A stretch of DNA of 64,000 nt from a virus, in the IMG/VR virus record IMGVR_UViG_3300036398_002324. One strand, 5' to 3'. Of this stretch, positions 19,763 through 31,996 are shown one piece after another (the first letter of the stretch is position 1; each line of letters starts with the position of its first letter). The position numbers and the translations under genes were made by a program. The notes beneath the pieces are model-generated. The model was not told the origin of the DNA, did not search any database, and saw only the letters and a list, made by a program, of their open reading frames with translations.

Positions 19763-20297
19763 ATATCTATGGCTGACATATATACATTTACACCGAAAAA
19801 TAAACCCGAAACGTTCTATGAACTTGATAGACTTCGGGCAAAACTTATGGAGTTGTATGAGTCGAGGGATGCCCTTAACAAAGAAATCAGATATACAAAA
19901 GACGCTATCACGCTCCTTGAAGGAGGTGAAAAATGATTGACGATAATGAAGATGATATGTATGGTGATGCGATTCAAAGTCTCAGTATAATTGATAAGCT
20001 TGACGTTCTGATTCATTTGATACAGAATAGTAGTTATGAAAAACAAAGGTCTTTACTCCACTTACTTGAGGAAACAAAGTTTCACTTACTTCATGCCTGG
20101 AATGAAGCACAATATTATCGTGAATTATGTGAGGGATATGAAACTACCATCAACAAAGCCGCCAGTGGACTGAAATAGTTTGTAGAGTCCACTGTCAAGG
20201 AGACAGATATGGACGTTATATACAAACAAATTTTGGTTTTTCTTGTGTTATTACTTGTAACACTTCTTTTACCAACCTTTTTTAATCTATTAACCCT

Positions 20298-21176
20298 ATG
20301 AAAGATAGTAGACCATATAAACATTTTACTATTCTTGAGTGGATTGTTGTTTTTGGTATTTTATTTTTTCTGGTAATAATGTCTGCGGAAGCAAAGACCA
20401 AACGACATGCAGTGTATAATATAACTCAGAGAAATTTATCTGTAATGATTACAGATATAACTGATGGTAAAATTTTGTGTGCAACAAACGCTGAAGAAGT
20501 TCGTGCGTTGGCTAGTATCACAAAGTTGATGACTGCAATGATTGCGTTGGATGACAATGATGATATGAGCCATAAAATAATGTTGAGCCGAAATGCTGGC
20601 TCTCATTTGCCGGTTCGGGAGTATACACGTGAAGAGTTGTTTCATGCGTTGTTGGTGAAAAGTGATAATGGCGCAGCAGAAACATTTGCAAGAAATTATC
20701 CAGGTGGTCGTGAGGCATTTCTAAACAGAATGAATTTACGTGCCAGAACGATAGGAATGAAAGATACGCATTTTGATGACCCATCTGGATTGAGTAGTAA
20801 GAATGTAAGTACCGCACGTGATATTACTTTAATGGTTATGGCAGCATCTTATTATGAACGTATCAGGGAAATATCAACAAAAAAATCTGCATACATTACG
20901 ACCGAAAGTAAACGAAAACAAAGAACTGTTGTATTGAATAATACCAATCGATTGATTCTTTCACAATTAGACGGTGTAAAAGTAAGCAAAACTGGTTACA
21001 CAAATCCAGCTGGTTTTTGTGTAGCAATAATGGTTGAAAAGATAATTAATAACGAAAAACATTATCAAGTGTATGTTGTTATGGGTGCCAAGAATCCTAA
21101 ACAAAGGGCTGATGAAATAAAACGATTAGTGTACATTCAAGATGGAGAAATGAATCATGAAACGGAACGAATTTGA
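20298..21176 (+). CDS. D-alanyl-D-alanine carboxypeptidase/endopeptidase (peptidase S11)
   Basis: SxxK (ASITK), SDN, KTG motifs; N-terminal TM. Confidence 0.88.
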   Translation: MKDSRPYKHFTILEWIVVFGILFFLVIMSAEAKTKRHAVYNITQRNLSVMITDITDGKILCATNAEEVRALASITKLMTAMIALDDNDDMSHKIMLSRNAGSHLPVREYTREELFHALLVKSDNGAAETFARNYPGGREAFLNRMNLRARTIGMKDTHFDDPSGLSSKNVSTARDITLMVMAASYYERIREISTKKSAYITTESKRKQRTVVLNNTNRLILSQLDGVKVSKTGYTNPAGFCVAIMVEKIINNEKHYQVYVVMGAKNPKQRADEIKRLVYIQDGEMNHETERI

Positions 21177-21488
21177 TGCTGTTATGAATCGGATTAAGAA
21201 TTTATCAGAGTATGAAGTTGAAGTAAATGTGCCAGATGATTTTCAATTTTATGGTGAAGTGCCATATGATATGAATATTGCAGGAGATAAGGCATGGGTC
21301 AAAGTTTTAGCAGAATCAATGGAAGAAGCAAAATTAAAAGCATATGAATACTTTGAAGGCAAATACAAATAAACCCTGGATGGCATCAGAGTACGATATA
21401 CCAGTGCTAGACAATGAAGAGATGTGGTCGCAACAAGTAATTGATGATGCGGCTAAAGAAACAATATTAGATATTGATAAAGAATAAT

Positions 21489-21572
21489 GCGAGTGTGGTG
21501 GAATGGTATACACAGCAGACTTAAAATCTGCCGCCTTCGGGATTGAGGGTTCAAGTCCCTCCACTCGTACCA
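21489..21572 (+). tRNA. tRNA-Leu(TAA)
   Basis: Cloverleaf, long variable arm, CCA encoded. Confidence 0.92.
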
Positions 21573-21573
21573 C

Positions 21574-21649
21574 GGGCTGTTAGCTTAATGGTCAAAGCAG
21601 CGAACTCATAATTCGTTGAGTGCAGGTTCGACTCCTGCACAGCCCACCA
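21574..21649 (+). tRNA. tRNA-CAT, probably Ile2 (lysidine type)
   Basis: Anticodon CAT; GGGCTGT acceptor; Ile2 versus Met assignment is inferred. Confidence 0.8.
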
Positions 21650-21654
21650 AATAC

Positions 21655-21729
21655 CTGGCGTTCGTTCAACGGATAGGACAGGAGTCTTCTAAACTCTTAA
21701 TGGGGGTTCGATTCCCTCACGCCGGACCA
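21655..21729 (+). tRNA. tRNA-Arg(TCT)
   Basis: Cloverleaf, CCA. Confidence 0.9.
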
Positions 21730-22532
21730 ACTTTACTATGGAGATATTATGGATGAAATGCCAGTAAGAGAAAAATATTGGTGGGAAAATTATCCACTAC
21801 ACAAAGTATGGTGCAACGATGCTTGCCCTATAGTTCCTCGTTTTAAATATAGACCCGGTGATGAATACAATTCAAACAATTGGTCTTTTCATTGGCTACT
21901 AATTCACATGTGGTCAATGGAACATTTTAGTTTTGGTGTTGATGCTGAAATTGGACCACATGATGGCATCTACGTTGGTTGCATTTTACCTTATCTTAGA
22001 GTTACAGTAGGCATTCGACACACATGGTATCAATGGCAAAGTAAACTTGCTACATTGTTGCGCCGTAAGCCTGCAATAAAAAATGAAAAGGGAGAATACA
22101 ATTGAGTAATTCGGGCACATTTAATGCAACAGGCATTACTGGCATAAATGCAAACAATCTTTGGATTGATGACAATTATGGCATTAATTCACTTGGCAAT
22201 GGTAATCTTACAATATCACCACCTACACATGCAATTCAAGGACAGATGATAACAGCTACATTGCACCTTGATGAAATGCAAATGCCAGTCCTGGGTGATA
22301 TTGATATAAAAAGTAGACTTTTAAATGCTCTGGCTATCGAGTTACTCAGCGCAAAATGCATAGAGTTTACAAAACAGCAAGATGTTGCTACAAATACAAC
22401 AGTTGTTCGTGCTAGAATCTTTGCCACACCCGACACCCAAGTAAGAATTATCAGAGAGTCAACAAAATGAATGAAAAAGTTGTCAAAAAGAAATCATTAT
22501 GGAGAAAAAGGCAGGCACCTAGCAGATAAAGC

Positions 22533-22561
22533 TTGACAATCTTACCGTACTTTGTTATCAT
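22533..22561 (+). promoter_or_regulatory. sigma70-type promoter
   Basis: TTGACA-17-TATCAT. Confidence 0.6.
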
Positions 22562-24192
22562 TAAAGGGTGATAAGAAAGAGAGAAAAGAAATGAGTAAGA
22601 AAGTTAGCAAATTTGATATAAGTGAGTTGTGTGGCTGGATTGGTATGGTGTTGATTCATGCTGCTACTCTTCCTACTAGTTTGGGTGTGATTCTAGGGTA
22701 TAACGATAGACTTCCACCAGTCAGTATGGTGTTAATGGTATGGGCTGGTTTGTTTCTGTTTTTGATTCGTGCGATAGGCAGAAACGATAAATTATACATA
22801 ATAAGTAACGCTGTTGGTTTCTTCTTTAATAGCGTTCTGTTGGCTTTGATTGTGTTTAAGTGATTGGAGATTATGATGAAAAGCATTGAGTGGGAAATTC
22901 AAGCTTACGGTGCGCCGAAAGCAGACATTCTTGAGTCGATTACGGATTCGGTTACATTCAAACTATCAGGTCCTGGTATGGTTGCTGCAAGCTATCTGTC
23001 GGATGCACAAGAGGTGTTAGAGTTTAGCCCGGATACTGCCCGAAAGTATATCAATATCGCCAAGATGATTATGTTTGAATACGAACTAGGATTCAATCAA
23101 CGATGAAAATAGATCCATTCTATATCGTAGCGGGTAACAGAGACCAGTTTGATAATTTTGTTATCCGTAAGCGTGTGCTTGGTTTTAGTTATGATTTTCG
23201 GTATGTATGGAATGCGGATGTGTTGCGTGGTTTGACCAAGATTCGTGGCTTCTATGTTGGTGACTATAAAAGCCACCCTGAATGGTTGAATATAAAACAA
23301 GCGATTGAAATTATTAAGTTGAAAGAGAGGGGTGCTAGTGATGTTTGAGAATGAAATAAATGATTTGTGCCGTGATATTGCTGAGGCTACATTGACCGAC
23401 TTTACCGAAGATGAGTATGAAAATATGATGGACGAAATGTATGCCGAGCATCAAGCGTTGATGTATGCGGCTCAATCATACGATAACGATGCAATTGCAT
23501 ATGGACTAGAATAGATGGCATTAAAGTTGTGCAAAGACTGTAAACACTTTTCAGAGGGTCCCGAAGCGGACCCTATTTGTACTCATCCTCATGCATCGAA
23601 GTTTGACGATTTAGTGTATGGTAATCATAGCAAACGGACATGCGTGGAAATGCGCCAAAATAAAACTTTATGTGGAACGTTTGGTAAATTATATGCAGCA
23701 AAACCCGGCTTTATACCAATGGCAATAGAATGAAACAATTACTTGAAAATCTGCCAAAAATTCTTGGGATACTACCCGAGATTATCAAGTATATCAAATA
23801 TATTCCCATTCTTATGGTCCTTGCGGGCATAGGATACGGTGCATACTATTTTGCAATAAACTATCGTGACCCTTACAAATGCTATAATAATCAATTATTC
23901 AAACAAAAATCCATAGATTCAAATGTTTATATTTTCGTTGGTGAGACTTGTATAGATGGCAATGAAAAACCTGTTCCAGAAGAGTAATTTCAATTCCGAA
24001 AAGATGATATTGGTAACCGCATATGTGCTTATTATATTCGGTATTCTTACTACCATAAGTATTCTCCACGATAGACGAAAAATAGCCGAAGATTTTTGTG
24101 CTGGCAAAAATGGTGTCCTATTGCAGGATAAGAGCGGCCAATTCTATTGCATAAAAAACAAGTCTGTCGTTTTGATATCAAAATAACACCAC

Positions 24193-24221
24193 TTGACAAA
24201 GTTTCCGAAGTCTGCGATAAT
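24193..24221 (+). promoter_or_regulatory. sigma70-type promoter
   Basis: TTGACA-17-GATAAT. Confidence 0.6.
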
Positions 24222-24902
24222 GTATACATGTTGAGAGATAAGGAGTTTGTGATGTATTCGAATTTACTGGCTGAGGCAAAAGTGATTCAAGACGCATGGG
24301 GCTATGGGCTTCTGGAAGCGATTGAATATATTATTGAATTAGAAGATCAGTACCCATCTGAGGTACGCCGTGAGTTGAAACAATTCTTGCGTGATGGTGC
24401 CCGTTTGTTTGCGCCTAAAGTTGAGTATGATTTGGTTAGTTCAGACGGTAATGTGATTGGTACTTATAATGTGGAGGCTGTATGATTGGCGAAAGTTATT
24501 TGGACGGTCAGCGTGTTATCGGTATGTACTTGGGTGACTATGCCGTGTCTGGTGTGGTTCGATTATCACGTGTCACCTACGGTGGTGGTATGTCGCATCA
24601 TGTAACATTAGATAATCCTATAACGGTGTTCGGTGAGATACGTGAGAGTGTGATTCTTGAGCCTGAATTTGTGAAGGGAGTGTTGTAATGTATAAAGTTG
24701 ATTTTGGTAATGTTCGGATTGTCTATGATGGTAGTCCGTTTGATGTAACGTATGATGTCCGAGTTGAATGGCTCAAAGATGGTGAGTGGAAACTCTACCA
24801 CGGCATCAATAGTCTGAGTGACGATTATGCCGAAACCAATGCACGTGAGTTTGCTGGTCGTGCAAAAGCAAAACTGGCTGCTGAGGCTGCGGTGGCTGCA
24901 TA

Positions 24903-25475
24903 ATGTTCATGTTCGATGTTGAAACACTAGGGGTAGAATCCAATTCTGTGATTCTATCCCTGGCGTGTATCTATTTCAATCCCGATGAGCGCCCAACGTA
25001 TAAAGAGTTGGTCGATTCGGCTTTTTTTGTCAAGTTCAATGTTCGTGACCAAGTGGAAAACTATGGGCGAAAGATAGACAAGGGCACTTTACAGTGGTGG
25101 GAAAAACAGTGTGAAATAGTACGAAAAAAATCATTTATACCCTCAAAAGACGATAGAAATCTGAAAACCGGGGTCGAATCCTTTCATAATTGGATAGCAT
25201 CAAAAAACGATAATAAATGTTGGGTTTGGGCACGTGGCTCATTGGATGATACATTATTGCATTCAATTGAACGCCAATTGAAAGTTGAAACGCTGCTGCC
25301 CTATAATCGTTGGCGTGATGTCCGTACTGCGGTAGACTTCCTAACGGGTGGGAACAATGGTTATTGTACGGTGGACCATGTTGACTTTTTATATGAGCGT
25401 GATATAATAAAACATGATCCTGTGATTGATTGTGCGTTAGATATAATGATGCTGCTATATGGCAAACCTAAATGA
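24903..25475 (+). CDS. DEDDh 3'-5' exonuclease (DexA-like)
   Basis: FDVETLG, WARG, DVRT, HDPVID motifs. Confidence 0.8.
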   Translation: MFMFDVETLGVESNSVILSLACIYFNPDERPTYKELVDSAFFVKFNVRDQVENYGRKIDKGTLQWWEKQCEIVRKKSFIPSKDDRNLKTGVESFHNWIASKNDNKCWVWARGSLDDTLLHSIERQLKVETLLPYNRWRDVRTAVDFLTGGNNGYCTVDHVDFLYERDIIKHDPVIDCALDIMMLLYGKPK

Positions 25476-25752
25476 TAGATATATTTCGCCCTACTATAGA
25501 ATGGATTCGTGATGACTGGAATAGTAATCGGACTCGGTTTGTTGCCGAGCTTTTTGCTTGGAGTCTTAGTATTGGCTGTGCTATTACAATGGCACTTACC
25601 GTACCAACTCCTCCCCTATTGGTACTTTATCCTGTGTGGATTACTGGGTGTGCTATCTATGCTTGGGCTGCTTATTCTCGGAAATCATTTGGCATGTTGG
25701 CTAATTACCTTCTGTTGACTACCATTGATAGTGTAGGTTTGTTGAGGATGTT

Positions 25753-25986
25753 ATGAATGATAAGTTGATACAAATTGGTCTTGATTCTGGCATGTTAAAT
25801 TATGTGGATAATGAAACACCACGCCATTATTTTTTATCTGGTCATGCCGATGAACAAGACTTGCAAAAGTTCGCCGAGTTGATTGTACAGGAATGTGTTG
25901 CCATTGTTGCTGATGCTGTAGATCATCGTGAACCTGCCAGCACTTATGTGAGTAAGATCAAAGAACATTTTGGATTGACTGAATGA
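25753..25986 (+). CDS. KFAELI family small protein, copy 1
   Basis: QKFAELIVQEC...IKEHFG. Confidence 0.6.
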   Translation: MNDKLIQIGLDSGMLNYVDNETPRHYFLSGHADEQDLQKFAELIVQECVAIVADAVDHREPASTYVSKIKEHFGLTE

Positions 25987-26221
25987 TGAGATACTGGACA
26001 ATTGTATATCCCGATCATAATACTCTGGGTGAAGATTATACTCATTGGGAAACACTATCTGAAAATGATATATTGAATCAATACTGGAATTATTGGTGTG
26101 ATAAAATGTATGCCGCAGGTAAAGACCCTGAAGTAATGATATTTGAAAATTGTATTGAAGATTGGTGTACAGTACATTGGGCACAAAGAAACTATTGGCG
26201 TGAAATGAAGGAGTGTATACA

Positions 26222-26626
26222 ATGATTGAATGTTTAATTGTAGGTGACAGCATTGCTGTTGGTGTGAGCCAAGTTCGCCGTGAGTGCCAGTCAATAGCAA
26301 AGAGTGGTATCAATTCGTCCAACTGGAATAAACTCCATTTGCATAAGTTGAAGCCTACCAAAACATTAATTATCAGCCTGGGTGCCAATGACCTGGGTAT
26401 TGATACTGAAGCCAATATTCGGAAGTTGCGTGAAAAAGCACAAGCTGAAAGAGTATTCTGGCTGCTGCCTAGTCAACGGCTCAAGCCCGACCAAGTTCGT
26501 GCAGTGAAGTTTGTTGCGATTGAATATGGCGATACTGTAATACCACGACCAGAAAAAGATATATCTGCTGATGGTGTGCATCCTACCTACAAGGGCTATA
26601 AAGTCCTTGGCTACTTGACTGAATAA
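26222..26626 (+). CDS. SGNH/GDSL hydrolase
   Basis: GDSIA, GAND, DGVHP blocks. Confidence 0.8.
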   Translation: MIECLIVGDSIAVGVSQVRRECQSIAKSGINSSNWNKLHLHKLKPTKTLIISLGANDLGIDTEANIRKLREKAQAERVFWLLPSQRLKPDQVRAVKFVAIEYGDTVIPRPEKDISADGVHPTYKGYKVLGYLTE

Positions 26627-27051
26627 TATGTGGACTCTGATTGTAATGCTTCATGCTGTATCTCCCAATGTGCCGCCGTCAAAAGGTTCTATTCTTTTGT
26701 ATACACAAGGATATGAGGAGTGTAAGCAGATAAGAGAAACGATTGTCCGAACATGGAGTTCGGACAAATACCGTGTAACGGCAAATTGTATTTCGGTGAA
26801 ACAATGATAAAAGAATTTAAGTGGGAACGGTTTGGTGACAAATATTATTATCACGATATAGCAACAGGTAAGATTGTCGGTGCAGTGAATAAAATTGCCC
26901 TGCAGGAAATATGGATATCTGTGGTATACACTGGTGAGTATAGTTTTACCATCAACGATGAAAAACACCTAGGCCAGTATATTACAGTTGATTATGCAAA
27001 AGAAGCGACACAAAGATTTTGGGACATCCAGAATAGGACACTGTTAGAACA

Positions 27052-27312
27052 ATGAACGAGAAACTTCAAGAACTTGCCGAACATGCTAAACTCTTAGGTC
27101 CTGGAAGTAGGATTGGAAACGCACACGAAGCCGCTGAAAAGTTTGCAGAGTTGATTATACAGGAATGCATAGCATGTTGTGGCTCACAAGCTGACATGAA
27201 AAACATTCGAAAGCGATTTGGACTGCCCACTGAAAGTAATGTAAAGTATCCTGGGCCAGAAGCACAAGGGCATCATTCACAATATGGTCGAGAGTATAAT
27301 ATACCAAAATGA
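27052..27312 (+). CDS. KFAELI family small protein, copy 2
   Basis: EKFAELIIQEC...IRKRFG. Confidence 0.6.
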   Translation: MNEKLQELAEHAKLLGPGSRIGNAHEAAEKFAELIIQECIACCGSQADMKNIRKRFGLPTESNVKYPGPEAQGHHSQYGREYNIPK

Positions 27313-27521
27313 ATAAGCAAATAAAAGAATTTGAAAAACAATGTTGGAGCCATACCATCGGTGGCGTACTGATTGATGGACATCTTCATTTTGATACACA
27401 AAAATTTGCTGAGTTGATTGTCAATGAATGTGCTGACCTATTTCCCTTAACCTTTACCGATGAGCATTATCAGCGCAGGATTGATAAAACGATTCGAAAA
27501 CATTTTGGACTAGAACAATGA
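27309..27521 (+). CDS. KFAELI family small protein, copy 3
   Basis: QKFAELIVNEC...IRKHFG. Confidence 0.6.
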   Translation: MNKQIKEFEKQCWSHTIGGVLIDGHLHFDTQKFAELIVNECADLFPLTFTDEHYQRRIDKTIRKHFGLEQ

Positions 27522-27866
27522 ATGATGAGAGCCACCTACCTGTATCTGAGCAGAGTCTAGTATACCGCCTGCGAAAACGAGCCGAGATTCGGAGAAATAT
27601 ATCTGACCGCAAGAGTGTGCAAGAGAATAGACCTGACCGCATAGCCGACCTATTAGAAGAGGCTGCGAATGAGATTGAAAGATTACAGAAATGAACGAAT
27701 ATTTCAAATCACAAATAGATGAAGGTGCCACAGACCAGTTTTTCTATGCTATAATGCAAGAAGGCAACTTGACCATCCAACGGCATCGTGGCACACTGGA
27801 TACCTTGCCCACGCTGGAATATGTGCGGCACTTGACTGATGGTGTGCCACTTTTTAAGGAACCACA

Positions 27867-28067
27867 ATGAACGAACGAATTCGAGAACTTGCTCATGAGG
27901 CTGGATTACCAACATATAATCCAGAAGGCATTCCAACTAAATTAGAAAAGTTCGCCGAGTTGATTGTGCGGGAATGTATGGATGTTTTAGATCCGGGCGA
28001 GAATCAAGTGATAGCACGGTTTCAAGCAAGGCAATGGTTAGCAGAACATTTTGGAGTTGAACAATAG
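27867..28067 (+). CDS. KFAELI family small protein, copy 4
   Basis: EKFAELIVREC...LAEHFG. Confidence 0.6.
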   Translation: MNERIRELAHEAGLPTYNPEGIPTKLEKFAELIVRECMDVLDPGENQVIARFQARQWLAEHFGVEQ

Positions 28068-28263
28068 TCAAATATATCATTCTAGCGATTCTCCTCACGG
28101 GCTGTACCCACCATACAATCACAATCCGTGTTATATCAGAATCCAGCACTACGAAAAACCATTGTCTCAAAGACAACAAAATCATATGTGGTAGCAAATA
28201 AGCAAGATACCTCCGAGTATCATTTTCTTGCCAATCCTGCAACCTCCGAGTATCACAAGCCAC

Positions 28264-28292
28264 TTGACAATCCTACCAATTCCTTCTATACT
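28264..28292 (+). promoter_or_regulatory. sigma70-type early promoter
   Basis: TTGACA-17-TATACT. Confidence 0.75.
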
Positions 28293-29076
28293 AGAACCAT
28301 AGAAGAGCGATAGGAGAAGCAAATGAGTATACAGTATATTATAGATGGGCGAAACGGTCGTGATGAGCGTGTGATTCTTTGGCGCACTGGCGAGTATGCC
28401 TACGAACTGGAAATTGGTACAGGCATCTATCGTCGGACTGTTACACTATTAAACACCGAATACTACGAAGCACTGGAACAATTCGATGCCAGAGTAAACC
28501 ACTATACGGAGATTGCATAATGAGCAAAGTATTCATTGTAGTAGAATGTGAAGCGTATGAGGGTGATACCGTTTTGCGAGTATTCAACAAATACAATGAT
28601 GCCATCGCATATGGCGAAGGGCTAGTATTTGACGGTACCATTAATGAGTTTGATGTATTTGAGCGTGAGGTGTACTGAGATGGAATTACCACTAGCGATA
28701 GTAAAGGCAAGAGCCCGTAACTGGGAAATTATCCTTGAAAAGCGTATGGATATATTCTGTTATGGTGGTGGTATTATCACCAATCGACTCCACTACTATA
28801 AACGATTACAGCGTAAAATGGAATTAGAACAATTCTATAGCGTAAAGTTGCCATAATGCAAAATAGTATGCTGCTAAATGGTATTCCAGCAGAATATTAT
28901 GCTGCAAAAATGCATTATATTGCATGTAACCGCACTACTTCCGAGACCCTATTTATACGCATTCCAACGAAGACCGACCAGGTCCGATGAGTACCCAGGC
29001 GTTCGGACTGTCCCGCCAAAATTGTAGCGTAAAAGCAACGGTACCCAGGCGCCGCAGAATTCCGCACTAAAACCGC

Positions 29077-29105
29077 TTGACAAAGGTCGCCGTTCCTCTT
29101 ATACT
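29077..29105 (+). promoter_or_regulatory. sigma70-type early promoter
   Basis: TTGACA-17-TATACT. Confidence 0.75.
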
Positions 29106-29941
29106 AGCCTTGTGATGAGATGAATTGGAGATTGAGATGATTGCGATTTTTGTATTGTTTGCTGGTCTGGTGGTGTGGGGTGTTCTGGCCCACGGTACTG
29201 TTACTACTCTGGGTTAATACTATGATAACGGCTTCTACCTACTACTCTGTTTACTGTAAAGCAACGGGTTTGATAACTGCCAAAGGTAACAAAAAAGCAA
29301 TGATGCGAATAATCAAAGCAAATCCTGGTGTTTATCAATTAGCAATTACTAGCCGCCCGATTGGTGCGGTGTTTGGAGAATAATATGGAACTGATTGAAA
29401 TTATCTTTTGTGTTGCTGCTATTCCTGTGGGTATACTGGTTGTCGTTGATGCAATGATTGACCGAGGTGAACTATGAGAACGAAAACTCTAATTCCTGGA
29501 ATGAAAAATTCCGATACTGTCCGCATTCTGTTTAGTGATTCTGGCATTTCCGTGTATATGACCGTGAAGCAGGCTATGAATAGTTTTGGTAAGGTATCAC
29601 AATGCATAGCCGTGGAGAAGGCTTTGCGAGCGTTGGGTAATGCACGACTAGACCCAGGTACCGCTGGTGCGGCTTGTGTAGGTTTGTGTGGTACCTGGGA
29701 AGGTCTGAATGTCCAAGTGAACTATTACACACCCTGAGGAAATTATGTTTACAGAAGAAGAGCTGGCCAGGGCTTATCAAAATTACAAGGGACCGGTGGC
29801 AGTTGCAAAAATGGCAAAACCGCGCCCTTCCGAGAAAACTTTCCGAAACAACAAGTATTCCGTTTTTAATCAGGGTCGCATGAAAGCACAATTTGGTCAG
29901 AGTGGAGTTTTCATCATTACCGATAAAATTGCATAAAAAGC

Positions 29942-29970
29942 TTGACAGAGGTCCTGCACCCGATTATAAT
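29942..29970 (+). promoter_or_regulatory. sigma70-type early promoter
   Basis: TTGACA-17-TATAAT, perfect consensus. Confidence 0.8.
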
Positions 29971-31277
29971 GGTTTTGTGATGAATGATATGGAGACTGTA
30001 TAATGTATGCCGTTGGTGACAGAAAATTCAAGCGTTTAGCTGCTGCTGTAGGGTACGCTAAAAAAGAGTTTGTTCGCACTGGTGTTGTGTTAGGTATTGA
30101 GCCAGTTGTTGTGTTGAACAAAACCCCTGGTTATGTTGATTATCTTGCTAAAGGAATGAAATTATGATTACTCGGCGTGAAACACTGAATGCCATCTCGA
30201 CCATGCTGTATGAGGGTTGCTCTTATGGCTACATTGCAGGTGTGCTGAACATTGCAGTGGCAGACGTTAAGGCAGCCATCTCTGCATGGAGACTGTAATG
30301 AATGCACAATTTACAGAAGCAGATGTGGCAGAGGCACTGCGTGGCCTGGGTGCTACGGTACTGAAACCACGCAAGGCACCACGTGTAGTGGCCCGAGTGA
30401 AACAGAGCAAGGGTTTTGTTAAGGGTAGTAATGGTTTTGCAGTGGGTTATCCAATAAAGGTATTTGTATAAATGAGTAAAGCAAAGTTCAATGCACAAGA
30501 GGTAGCCCAGGCACTAGAGGAATTCCTGGCTACCACTACACCTATCACCACCAGTGGTCTAGGGTATAATGGTGATATCACTGTATATAAAGAGGGTGCA
30601 GATGGGTCAAGTGAAGAAGAAGCTAGTAACACAAGTCCAGGAGATGTATGAGCAGGGCTATAGCGTAGCGGAGATAGCACAAAGGTACCAGATAAGCCAC
30701 AATGTAGTAGAGTATGTGCTAGAGGTGCATGGGCATGGGCCAGTAGAGGCACCCGCTGCGAATACAGAGCCGGGGCAGTAGAGCAGAGGCAATTGTTCCT
30801 AATTATTTGAGCTTAAATAAAAGCCGTTATATGGCCAAAAAGCTACAATCAAAGGAACATGCTATTTCAAAGCAACCTTTTCGAGGCACTTCTCGGATTC
30901 CTATACTGAGTCGTACCAAATTTTTTTTCGGCCACTAAACTGCTGGCCACTTTTTTTCTGGGAACTTAATATGCCTGTGACACTTAAAATGCAACCCGCT
31001 GAAGCTTCGGCACCGGTACCTACTGAGAAAACACTGGACCCTGGTGAAGTGATTCTGCCACCAGCCACTGTCAATACAATCACTGAGATTGCCACACTGA
31101 ATGATTCTGTTGCTAATCCAGAAACTGGCTATGATGGTGCTACACTTGTCATTGGTGCAATTCTATTCTACTTTCTTATCAAATTGGCATTCAGATTGCT
31201 GCCCTGGATTCTTGGTATTGGTGCTGTTATTCTCTTCATGAAAATGAGTGGGAGTGCTTGACCGGCGATGAAATCGC

Positions 31278-31306
31278 TTGACAATCTTACCGCTTCGGGC
31301 TATACT
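31278..31306 (+). promoter_or_regulatory. sigma70-type early promoter
   Basis: TTGACA-17-TATACT. Confidence 0.75.
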
Positions 31307-31618
31307 AGAGTCTGTTGATTGATTGGAGAAATAGCATGATGACATTATGGAAACATAACTGGAATTTCACTTCTGTTGCTTTATATGTAAATATCAAAAA
31401 AGAAACAGAAAAGGCGATTCAGTTTGAGGCTGCTGATAATCCAAAGTATACATTCTGGTTACCGAAGAAAGCCGTGAAGTTTGAAGAGATTGAGGGTTCG
31501 CCTATGGCGACTATCGCCCGCTGGTGTACGCCTGGTGAGTGGTACTTCAAAGCGGCTGAACGTTATGCAAATTGCTACAAAAGATAATTGGCGATTTCGC
31601 TTGCGGCAACGAAGTTGC

Positions 31619-31647
31619 TTGACAAAGGTTCCGAGGTTCGCTATACT
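31619..31647 (+). promoter_or_regulatory. sigma70-type early promoter
   Basis: TTGACA-17-TATACT. Confidence 0.75.
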
Positions 31648-31996
31648 GACTGTATAGAAATTGATTGGAGAACGAAATGACTAAGTTGCTAATTACTACA
31701 CAAGTGTACGAAAACTACGCTTGGCGTGAAGACGGTACGATTGGTACGGGTGTTGATGCATACTTCAAACCTAAGGGTGGTGATGAGTATGTCGTGCGTG
31801 GCGTCGATCCAGAGCAGGTGTTTGAAGTGCTGGAAAAAGTCGCTTTGCAAATTGAGCAAGCTAACGATTACTTTCAAGAATTTATCGTCGATACAAAAAT
31901 TGTCGATGATGACTACCTGACTGAGTATGAGTTGAATCAGTTAGAGTATGATGGTCAGATTATGTTTCCTGCGAAAGAATTAACTCTGGAGGCTGT

